A DNA stretch of 62,909 nucleotides, filler included, from Aduncisulcus paluster (Eukaryota), in NCBI GenBank assembly GCA_024181965.1. It is 4 parts of 4 records of this genome, joined end to end, with 100 filler letters (N's around TTAATTAATTAA, not from the genome) between each part and the next. Parts side by side here need not be neighbours in the genome. Positions count along the whole stretch, not along the records: positions 18,838 to 37,974 come from BQXS01012730.1; 3 more parts are not named here. The stretch is one strand, 5' to 3'. A program made the position numbers and the translations under genes. Every line of letters begins with the position of its first letter. Within the stretch, counting starts at the first letter, position 1. Shown in pieces: positions 23,701 through 33,062 of this stretch. The notes beneath the pieces are model-generated. The model was not told where the DNA came from. It saw only the letters and a program-made list of their open reading frames with translations, and made no database searches.

Positions 23701-23854
23701 GAAAGTGTTTGTCCCAAAAGGACGTGGATTTATATCTATTCCAGAGTCCGTTTCGGTTGCAATTACGGGTCTTACCGAACAAACTCTTCAAAAATGCATC
23801 ATACCTGTTGATGGGGAGGAAGTGTATGCCACCAGGGGGAAATGGTTTGAATAA
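20729..23854 (+). CDS. DCC1: Sister chromatid cohesion protein DCC1 (Ctf18-RFC subunit), with long insertions
   Basis: N-terminal VLELTDDIYSSVISG..IIAKDDGSASLITEKESYDMTKVESTNTNLIA, middle TIDELKDTAKASLPET..LL.MGA and C-terminal LLPSN...HLNLIKSRWTMDEL match the three conserved Dcc1 blocks. An alternative ATG is at 20672. Confidence 0.7.
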   Translation: MKRLVFDKSFSVNNIVLELTDDIYSSVISGQSSIIAKDDGSASLITEKESYDMTKVESTNTNLIATNTTKRDLKQLESLILSYGPRECGSFDPIEYKKGDTVIEGAFSSILTVNKRTPDCRKVSKLLHPDKSSSIRDRHTFPFHMYKRWTDDSVYIKNITIDELKDTAKASLPETIVLLLHMGAFPMHNVINGLQPMRVFAKQYEKKIKAKSLADRMKPMKQSLSATESGGFGGHTDVRSSDLSLPSTAPGTFPAMSVSSQSSTSLSSCSNDDRDPDTQEQIDGQSTGQPTASPSASPLVRQSLLAPADSQEMDKPGQRLTHRHPHLHTGSTVEFGTMDYTHWVKTICDCICTFIRDHGFSQEESLSPEIPKVETVHKKQHSQAKTGLSLFLEAHRGKSKDSSHGIDKSMYKKKTKDEEEKKEEEREEGGREEEERRGSDRKSSPKICIYLNDCVEYVVSTLCFADKRSTGNEGKAGVIAVLRWYIALYLCDSIWRAGESSTEKRKRDALLSANNGKGGKISSMARKEGAKGTNKGRNRREEESSSEESSSDTDADSRGDTQSASAKTNSMLGPTSFNSFRISSNSRFSAVSSSRSSSSSFSSSSSYPIPPPSVSLILFCEELKEVHESISPDVLCKEDGCYPCLSVAMIMCLLLRKVDVLTDKNIVVRVCGERMRKELFTYELEKLKKKQLDEIKKQRERDEAEAEALEKRKRLLHKHHEEEESNDNDDDGGDIVTSFGAQSTSPRKDRNKVGAGGSFAGTGGSFAAIGKSYSKRGHPQSDISNPISLSYGHNYTLSSHEMSLQACFGQTPKVVDGTGETEEQFLLSQKSEFINHHFKLFDLRQITQNIRISIASTFPGLGRLFTIPSVGKYKQFCALPSCNLSGLIHSKLVAVKPPCPIDPDRGFLMVDPFLLPSNATPSVISEHLNLIKSRWTMDELNWLLKYQVPSSFKPHSLLMVEDTVAVSSDEERTSSAIYSASKKKEKREEKLKVFVPKGRGFISIPESVSVAITGLTEQTLQKCIIPVDGEEVYATRGKWFE

Positions 23855-24364
23855 GATTGAGATAAAGAGGAATTAGATAAAATAAATAAATTGCGGAAAT
23901 GTCAGTTGGAATGGATCTCTTTCCACCTGATCAAAAAGTTCGGTCCAAAGTTTTGAACTCCAAAGACTTAGAGTCGAAGATATGATTTTCGCTTCTCAAG
24001 GAAGCAAGAAAATCGCCGATTGTTTGGCCAAAGCATTTGTAAGATAGATTAAATTGGACATGAGGCTAGAGAAGCCTATGCTGTACTATACTGTATACTA
24101 TACTGTTGATGTATAACCGGCTCTGATTCTTATAAATAAATTTGCTAACCACCCTTATTAGGGTTAACAATACTGGATTACTATACTCAAAAAATTAAAT
24201 TAAATTAAATTATATAAACACTTCCTTCCTAGTTTTCGTTCGTTTTGGTTTGAGGTCAAATGTCCCTCATCAATTGAGATTGTTAGGTGGGAATTGAATT
24301 ATCGACTCGATAAATAGAGAAACAGATCCAATAGGTCCCCAATTACTTCTTCAATAATTGTATT

Positions 24365-27300
24365 CTAAACTCCTTCTACACTGGGATATTCCCACCCTTC
24401 TCCGATCTTTGGGAGAAGGTGTTTGATGGATCGAATCTTCTCTCGTGCAGAATGGACCGTCATTCGATTATCCGAATTCCATTGAATTAATCCGGTAAAA
24501 ACTTCACTAAGACACGAATAAACGGGTTCATATTTCCCATCATCAATAGTTTTAAGCATTTTGAAAAGATCAACTCGAGTAAGACCTGAAAATAAACCAT
24601 TCTGTATAATATTAGCCTGCATTTTAATTCTTTCCATCTTTTTTTTCATTGGAATTTGTATTAAACATGCATGATCCATAAGAGGGTGTTTACAAATGAA
24701 TAGAGAGAGGATCGACATCCCAAGAGAAAATCCATCACTGAGTTGGGATTGTTCACCATACATTAGAGACTCATAGGATAAATATGAATATGTTCCACAA
24801 AAATGAGCAGGTTTATCCGGATCATGCTTCTTTGGTTTGGAATCAGAAGGAGAAACGACGCAAGAAGTGGATAACGACATAGATTCCTGTATCTTGACTA
24901 ATCCTAAATCCCCGAGAACAACAGTACATTCTCCATCTTTGGGATCAATACGAATTAAGAAGTTGTCAGGTTTGATATCTCGATGTACTAGTTTTGGTTT
25001 TGCTGTGAACACATCATCAAGACACTCAATCATTCCAACACACAACGAAGCTATTTTTACAGGGTTCAATGTTTTTGGATAAAAGTACGGCGAATCGTCA
25101 TCAGAAGATTCGAAATCATCGTCATCTTCCTCTTCTTCACCCCTCAAATACTTGCCATCTGCACACCATTTCTGAGAAAACGCTTTCACACTCCCACCAA
25201 CACAAAATTCCATCAAGAATCCATAAGTACCTCTATAATCCTCATCAAGAAGATCAAGAATATAAAGAGGACGAGGAATACGATTGAAACACTTGGCATT
25301 ATTGAATAATTTCAGTTGGACTTCGAATTCTTTTCGGCATCTTTTTACCACAACTTCGTCAGCAACATGAAGCATCTTTTTGAAGACACATGGGAAAGAA
25401 AGACCATCAATCTTGACAAGTAAAACCTCACCAAAACCACCATGTCCAATAACTCGTAATATTGTCATAATTGAATCAGAAGTAAGTGTTACGGAATCGA
25501 TCTTGGCATGATATTTACCAAGTTCTGATCGTTGATACTGACTCTCGATATGTTCATGATAAGCAGAAATATTTTGCAGATACGATTCCTCATAACTAGA
25601 GCTAGAATGTTCAATGTCAATACTTTGAGACCATTTCATGGCGTCATCATATTTAGGAGACAATTCCGGAATCAAATATGGAAGAGATGACAAGATTGAA
25701 ATAAATTTTGACCAATATTTCGCTCCTTATTTATGCTTTCGAGCTTTGATATCGATAAACCAATCTCCAATAAGATCTTTTGTGTTCTCAAACACCTCAC
25801 AAATATGTTTGGAATCACAACACAAATTAGTGAAAAATCTAAGAACATTTTCGTGAGCATCTTCAACAATGCATTTTACATATTTTTCTCGAATTAGACA
25901 AATGAATGTATCAAATAATGGCCAAGCTTCAGAACAAACAAGAATATTCGGACTAGAGTCAAAATCACTCATAACGGTAATGTTTGCAAGTATTAACATC
26001 CATTGCCCATCGCAGACACTATTATTGTACATTGTCAACCAATTCTTAACATAAGGAAAGATTAAAGAAAGAATAGAAGACTTTATGGAGGGTGAATGTG
26101 ACGTTGAAAGGTTTCTTAAAATAAAAAGAATGTCAAGAGGAACGGAACCTATAAACTCATGCGTAGCACCAAGAGACAGAAGACATTTGAGTGTATTGGA
26201 TATCTTATGGTAGAAACTCTTATGTTTTGAAGGATTGCCATTCGAATAACTCAAACAAATTCCACAATATTTGTGGATAACCGACAAGTCAGAACTACAT
26301 TTCGATTGGTGAATATCGATAAATATTTCAACAATTCTTGAAAGATGACCGATAAAGGTGTCAATCAAATCATCTTGTTCAAGCATAGGAAGTGATATTA
26401 GTCCATTTGGAGTCGGATGAGAAAGGAATAAACTCAAGCATTCATAGCAAGAAATAATGATATCCTGGTATTTTTGAATTTCCTGGGTTGACCTGAGTGA
26501 TTCAAATAAACCATGAAACGAGTTCCGAAATTTATGAAACAAGTCTTTTGTTTCACTTGGAGATGAACATTTCTTTATATCTTCCTCCAGGGTATCCCAG
26601 TGATCTGAAAATGGGAAACAAGACTCAAAGAAGAGCAAGGAACTACTTTCCCAGGCATTATTCTCCTTACACCACTTCATATTCGCATCGTATTTGGGAG
26701 ACAAAAGAGGAACAAGGGATGGAACTGAAGAAAGCCTTGAAATAAGTTCTGCCCAATATTTGATTCCCCAAGGATGCTTCTGAATTTTCAGAGTTTCAAA
26801 CCAACCATCAAGAAGATCTTTAATATTGTCGTAAATTTCAATGGCATGTAATCTATTACAGCAAAGATTTGCAAGAAAGAGAAAAACATATTCATGAGTA
26901 TTAACATGAATATTTTCACCAACAAATTCTTTTCTTACAAAGTCGATTACACAAGGAAACAATCCCCAAGATCTGGTGCATAAGAATTCATTTGGAGAAC
27001 AAGTTTCATTTGCCCAAGTGATTTTTGAGAGGATATTCATCCATTGTCCAACATGGATTGTACCCTTACAAATATCGAGCCAATCTTTAACATATGGCTC
27101 AATAAGAATCAAAAGAGAACTTCTATTTGATAAAGCAGAAGAATTAGCAATGTTCGTCAGCGTCGCCAGTAAGCTCGCAGTAACATGTTGAGAAACCACA
27201 CATTTCTCTTCTGTTCCTCTTTCCAGAATAGATTGGAAAGTTGAGGATATTTTTGGCAAAAAAGAAGTATCTTTTGCCCTCATTTTCAAAGAATAGATCA

Positions 27301-29338
27301 AACAAATTTTGCAATACATTTTGTCAACTTCTCTTCCTATAACTTGTGCAATTCGAGAGAGATCAGAAAGAAAAACGGAACCAACATCACAAATATCCAA
27401 GGTCGGCAATGATATTGTAATGTCTACCTTTTGATTCCAATGCTCAACAAGCAACACAAGACATTTAAATCCCAAAAGAATCTCTTCCTTATTCTCGATG
27501 ATAAGGGATTTTGATTTCGCATTGGAAAATAGTTCTATCAAAAATTTACGAGAAGAATGATACAAATTAGAGACCAATTGTTGATTGTGAGTCGATTTTA
27601 TACGTTGAATTAAATCTTCCCATTTTGCAATTCCTTGCTTCGCCTTCATGAATTGGATACCATCAGTAGAACCGTCTTTCACATCAATATTTTTTCGGTA
27701 CCACTCTATTAATAAATCGAATTTTGGGGACAGGTGAGGAATAATGGCGGGAATTGAGTAAAAAAGAGACATGAGTCGGAACAAATTCATGCACTCATTT
27801 TCACTATATGGTTGTTTGATATAACCAAGACAAACATCAAGATAATCTTTAACATTTTCATACACATCAATTATATGAGTTTCGACACAGCATAAGTTGG
27901 CAAAAAATCCCAAAATTTCTTCAAGAGTCTGCCCAGACTCCTGCTCTTCTTCAACATATTTCTTGAGCAGATCAAGGACATCGTAAAACAAGGGCCAAGC
28001 CTCCAAACATACTTCTTTAATAGGCGATTTTGCTTCTGTAGACCAAGTGATATTGTTGAAAACTGTCAACCAATACCTGATGTGTTCGTTATCTTGATAA
28101 AACGATAACCAATCCTTAAAGTGGCTTTCAATAAGTGCAAGAAGAGAGAATTTGACAGAAGAAGAAGGAGAATATGAGAAATTACAAAGAGTAATAAGTA
28201 AATCTTGTGAAGTGTGTCCTCTCAATCTNNNNNNNNNNNNNNNNNNNNATACTTCTTTAATAGGCGATTTTGCTTCTGTAGACCAAGTGATATTGTTGAA
28301 AACTGTCAACCAATACCTGATGTGTTCGTTATCTTGATAAAACGATAACCAATCCTTAAAGTGGCTTTCAATAAGTGCAAGAAGAGAGAATTTGACAGAA
28401 GAAGAAGGAGAATATGAGAAATTACAAAGAGTAATAAGTAAATCTTGTGAAGTGTGTCCTCTCAATCTCTTCTTACTTCCTTTCTCTAATAATCGTTTTA
28501 AAGCGGGAATAACATTTAATAAGAATTTATCTCTCTTGTCAAAATCTAAAATTTGGGAATATTGTGCAAAAATATCAGAATATTCATCAATAAAACCTTC
28601 ACCTAATACCTCATCCACTTTTGACACATGACCAATGAAAGTCTCTATTAAATCACCAAAATCAGCACTCAGGAGATCAATCCAACCTTCAGCATTGGCA
28701 CATTCATGTCTAACAAATAGTCTTAAACATTGACAACAGAAAATAAATTCTTCTTCATGTTCTCGAATCAGTGAGTCGGAATTCAACGAAAGAAAAACGG
28801 AAAGAATAGATTCTTTATAATCATAATATAGTTTAGATGTCGATTTTTCATCATTGCATTGTTTTAGAATATCAATAATGACGCCATGAATCACTCGAAT
28901 AATGACGGGGGAAATCAGAGGAATCAGAGTTGTTTGAAGAACTTTAATTCTATATTCAGCAAGTGAAATAACCCAAAAGAGAGATTTTGTGATTGAATTT
29001 ATAGAGTGATCATCTCGTAGAACAGATTCAACTCGAATCATCATAGGAAGGAGAGACATCAATGACTCCGTAACCAGAGATTCTTCAACTTCAATCAGCA
29101 AAGGGAATGATTTGTGTTTGACAAACAAAGCCAAGAATTCATAACAAACCATGATAATCTCCCGATTAGCTCTAATTTCACCTGAAGTCATTCTGGAGGG
29201 GATAATAGCCTTAATTAGAGGATAACTCTTTTTGAAAAGAATAACCATAGCTTCATGCGAAGAAGTTTTCATTACAGTAGAAATAATTCTTTGGAATATA
29301 CTCCTATAGATTTCAGCACTTGGTTGTGATCCATACAT
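24365..29338 (-). pseudogene. Alpha-helical repeat protein fused to a C-terminal Ser/Thr kinase, with one in-frame TAA
   Basis: The ORFs 25727-29338 and 24365-25693 are in the same frame, separated only by TAA (25729-25727) in RKHK*GAKYWSKFISILSS. Kinase motifs are GHGGFGEV, VFKK, HRDIKPDN, DLG, GTYSYLSYE and SDGFSLG. The region contains an assembly duplication around the gap at 28229-28248. Confidence 0.75.
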
Positions 29339-29522
29339 TTCTTATTGAAACTATTAAAACGAAAATTTATATATAAATTGTATTTTTATCAATGATTTGA
29401 TGTTAATGCCCAGAATAAAATTCATATTCCAGATTGACGGATTTTTATCTCTTGAAATACATACATTGATTGGTAATAAGATCCAGAATATTATTTAAAA
29501 GTTAAAGGATATTTTAATTTTA

Positions 29523-31049
29523 TCAATTATTTAAAATTATATGAATCAAAAACACATTTGAAGACCAGTCACTGAGATGGCATCTCATGTAATCGTCATA
29601 TTTGGGAGACAGATGGGGAACAAGGGATGGAACAGTTGACATCATGGAGATTAATAAGGACCACAGGCTACTATTTGAATGTTTCTTTCCCTTGGTAGCA
29701 TGAAACCAGCCATCAAGAAGATCATTTATCTGTTGGAATATTTTCACAGCATACTCCTTGTTATAACATAAATGTGACCAAAACTCAAAAACAATTTCAT
29801 GACGATTGTCGATAAGAATATTGCAAGGTTCTTCTCTTATTCTCTGAAAAAGGTAGGGATGAACTAAATGCCAAAGTTGAGAACGGATTGAGACGATTTC
29901 GTCTTTGGTCTTTGCAAAAAGTGGATGGTCATCAGTAAGATTCCTAAATATAAATAACCACTGGAATAAAGATCTCGAATCTGGATACATTCTTAACCAA
30001 TCTCTCACGAAAGGTTTCACAAAAGTCTCAAAGAATTTGTATTTGGCTGTTTGTTCACAAAACAAGGAAACAAAACTCAATGTTGATACGATTTCTTTCG
30101 TAATATCACTTGACAATTCCACTCGAGTACCTTTTTCAAGAAGTTTGAGGAAAGTTGGTGATATTTTTTGCACAAAATAATGAAAATCTTGCAAAAATTC
30201 GGAATATGCATGACAAATTCGACAAAAAACAAGATAAATCTCTCCTTCAAGTATATCTCCAACTCGAGACAGATGATCAATGAATAAAAAAAACAAATTT
30301 TGCATTCCAATAAATGTAAGTTCAACATGAAATGTTTTATCTTGAGATCGATGAGTATAGAAGAGCATCAAACACTTGCTTACTTGAATAAGCTCTTCTT
30401 TATGCTCAATAATCTGACTTTTGGTTTGAAAACCTTGAAATATTGCCAATAACGAATCTTTCATTTTATCGTAGAGTTCAGTGGCGGTAGAATTGTCATC
30501 ACAACGGTTGATTTTTTCCTGTACAAAGGTTAAATATTTCAAAGTTGTGGATGATATTTGTGGAAATAAGACTCCTCGAAATGCATCATATTGATGCTCA
30601 ACAGAGAACACAATGTGAAACAAACATTTTGTAATTGTATTGAGTTCAACAGAATCGGAGTCTTCGTTTGAAAAGCCAATGAGTGATTCAACCCGAATCA
30701 TTGGGTCTAAAAAGGTATATATCAAGTTTGATACAGATTCTTCATCGAGGTATACTTCTTTGCCTTTATATTCATCGTTGTGTTTTGTGAAGAAGGCTAA
30801 ACATTCAAAGCATGCTGTAAAAATCTCTTGTGAGGATTCATTAACTGGTAATGTATCAAATATGGCTTTAATATGAGGCAATGCATTGTAAAAATGAGAT
30901 TTTAAAAAAGATTGAATTGGTATTCCCTGAAAATATACCGAAGAATGAAGTTTTGGATCCAATAACTCAAGTTCAGCACACTTAGTTTTCATGATAAATT
31001 CATTTAGCTCTTGTTTTGTTTTTAAATATTCTGATTTGGGTTCAGACAT
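29523..31049 (-). CDS. Lineage-specific alpha-helical repeat family member (508 aa)
   Basis: Same motifs as neighbours: CFECLAFFTKH, VRDWLRMY, LLDGWF, MMSTVPSLVPHLSPKYD. Confidence 0.8.
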   Translation of the reverse strand: MSEPKSEYLKTKQELNEFIMKTKCAELELLDPKLHSSVYFQGIPIQSFLKSHFYNALPHIKAIFDTLPVNESSQEIFTACFECLAFFTKHNDEYKGKEVYLDEESVSNLIYTFLDPMIRVESLIGFSNEDSDSVELNTITKCLFHIVFSVEHQYDAFRGVLFPQISSTTLKYLTFVQEKINRCDDNSTATELYDKMKDSLLAIFQGFQTKSQIIEHKEELIQVSKCLMLFYTHRSQDKTFHVELTFIGMQNLFFLFIDHLSRVGDILEGEIYLVFCRICHAYSEFLQDFHYFVQKISPTFLKLLEKGTRVELSSDITKEIVSTLSFVSLFCEQTAKYKFFETFVKPFVRDWLRMYPDSRSLFQWLFIFRNLTDDHPLFAKTKDEIVSIRSQLWHLVHPYLFQRIREEPCNILIDNRHEIVFEFWSHLCYNKEYAVKIFQQINDLLDGWFHATKGKKHSNSSLWSLLISMMSTVPSLVPHLSPKYDDYMRCHLSDWSSNVFLIHIILNN

Positions 31050-31434
31050 CTTATGAGATATTGTTTCTGAAAGAAAATTTTGTCACCGGCGAAATAATTG
31101 AAATAAAGAAATAATTATGAATTTGCTACATAAATTAATAATATATGATAATAAATCAACATAATATACACGATTAAATCGTGAAATAAAGATGATACCA
31201 AAATATGTAATTAACATACATTCTACTCTTTGTCAGATCAAAATAAAGTATATTTCTTCACCTACCTAATAAAAAATCAATGTTTTAAAGTTTCAGTGAT
31301 GTTAATAGATGTCCAAAACACGAAAAATTGTGTCACACAAGGTGGGCATTTTATACTATATAAGATGTAATTAATGATTAATTAAAAAGCTTGTAGCTTG
31401 TGACGGCATTTATTAATCAACGGATCTGCACATC

Positions 31435-31989
31435 TTACAAATAAAGCATCCCCTTTGAAAGTTGAGAAGCCTTCTCTTTCATTCCAAGAACCTCTAAAAT
31501 CTTGTATGAGAAAGGAAGTGCTGTCCCAGGACCGGCAGAAGTGACAATCTGTCCATCAACAACAACCTGTTCATCAACATAGGTGGTAGAAGAGTGGAAT
31601 GACTTCTCAAAACTTGGGTAGCATGTGGCTCTTTTACCATGAAGCATACCCCAAGGAGCAAGGGCCACACCTGGAGTAGCACAGATTGCACAAACATGTC
31701 CTCCATTATCTAATATGGATTTACAAAGGGATTTAAGGGGAGATGAAGCAGCAATGTTCTTAGCACCACCAAGACCTCCGGGAAGAACAATAGCGTCGGG
31801 AATAGAAGAAACGGACCCAATGGATTTGTCGGCTTTAACTATAACATCTTGAGCTGTTTTAACTTCGACAGAAGAAGATAAAGAGAGGGTAGTAACATGA
31901 CAACCAGCCCTACGAAGAACATCAATAGGACTCATAGCTTCAATGGTTTCACAGCCATTAGCAAGGATAACAAAAACGTTTTTAGTCAT
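31435..31989 (-). CDS. DJ-1/PfpI (ThiJ/YajL) family protein
   Basis: LANGCETIEAMSPIDVLRRAG, DAIVLPGGLGGA, nucleophile elbow AICATP, ATCYPS and VTSAGPGTA. Confidence 0.93.
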   Translation of the reverse strand: MTKNVFVILANGCETIEAMSPIDVLRRAGCHVTTLSLSSSVEVKTAQDVIVKADKSIGSVSSIPDAIVLPGGLGGAKNIAASSPLKSLCKSILDNGGHVCAICATPGVALAPWGMLHGKRATCYPSFEKSFHSSTTYVDEQVVVDGQIVTSAGPGTALPFSYKILEVLGMKEKASQLSKGMLYL

Positions 31990-32318
31990 TAGATGATTAT
32001 ATTATTCACAAGATGTGGGCAAAACAAAAATCTGAACGTCATCAAAAGATTTGATCGTGGTCATTGAAAATAATAATTCTCATGATGAAAACAAATTATC
32101 ATTTATTTACTTTTTATATTTTTTATTGATGAAGAGAGCTCAAAAAAAGTGACAAATATTTTTTTTGAATACAATTCTCAAATAAGCAAACAATTTTGAA
32201 ATAAAATCTTGGAACAAATAAGAATCATTAAATACAACTTAAAATGTGATTCCATTTCTTTCTCACGAGACCATAGAACGTAATAAGTGAAAAAATAAGA
32301 TGTAAAAGAATTCAATCC

Positions 32319-32768
32319 TTATTCTTCAAGGGGAAATTCAAACTTGGTTCCAGCCATGTCAGCAGTAACAGTGATTTGGCAACCCAATCTACTATTGGAT
32401 TTAATTTGATCATCTTCCCACAAATCTTCAAGAACATCAGCTTCTCCCTCCTTATCTTTAGGCTCAATGAAAGGTTCAACATAACAGTGACAACCACCAC
32501 AAACCTAATTTAATCAAATAGATTTCAGAAAAATTATAAATATCACGATAACACACAAAAAAACAATGGCCAAACAACATACCTTATTTCCTCCACAAGC
32601 AGCAGGAATCTCAAGGCCCTGATCTAGTGCTACCTGGAATATACGAGAACCTTCGGCAGCATCGACATCAACGGTCTTATCACCACGAGTAAGAGTGATT
32701 TGGACAGAACGAGCGAGGGCAGCAATACCTCCCATTATACTTGATTGAACAGATTGAAAAAGTGACAT
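32319..32768 (-). CDS. fdx: [2Fe-2S] ferredoxin (adrenodoxin/hydrogenosomal type) with N-terminal presequence, two exons, 123 aa
   Basis: A GTATGT...ATTAG intron at 32582-32505 joins ACGGNK to VCGGCHCYV, giving C-X5-C-X2-C. SRLGCQI supplies the fourth Cys. Stop TAA at 32321-32319. Confidence 0.93.
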
Positions 32769-33062
32769 TGAAATATTAGGATCAATAATTTAAAGACAAT
32801 GAATCCAAAAAATGGACATAGACGGAGTTTTTTTTTTTGTTCATTCGATATAACAAATAAGGAGTTAAATCGTGGAATAAAAATTATCTATGATAACAAA
32901 TCACCTCATATATGAATTACTTTTCCGATCGAACAGGATTTCAATCGATATTATCAAAAACGTCCAAAACAACTCATTTTGTATGCGTAAATAACATTAT
33001 TTTCTATTTTTCACATTTTTTTAAATCTATATTACAAGCATTTTATCATCTAGCTCAATATT

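Noticed and set aside
25727..25729. Stop-codon reassignment (TAA/TAG = Gln, as in hexamitid diplomonads)
   Set aside because: Hsp70, DJ-1, ferredoxin and RPL24 end in TAA at their expected termini, long ORFs have no internal TAR, and the aligned residue is Trp.
28009..28468. Tandem intragenic duplications as biological events
   Set aside because: Every case straddles an exactly 20-N gap, the signature of unmerged scaffold overlaps.
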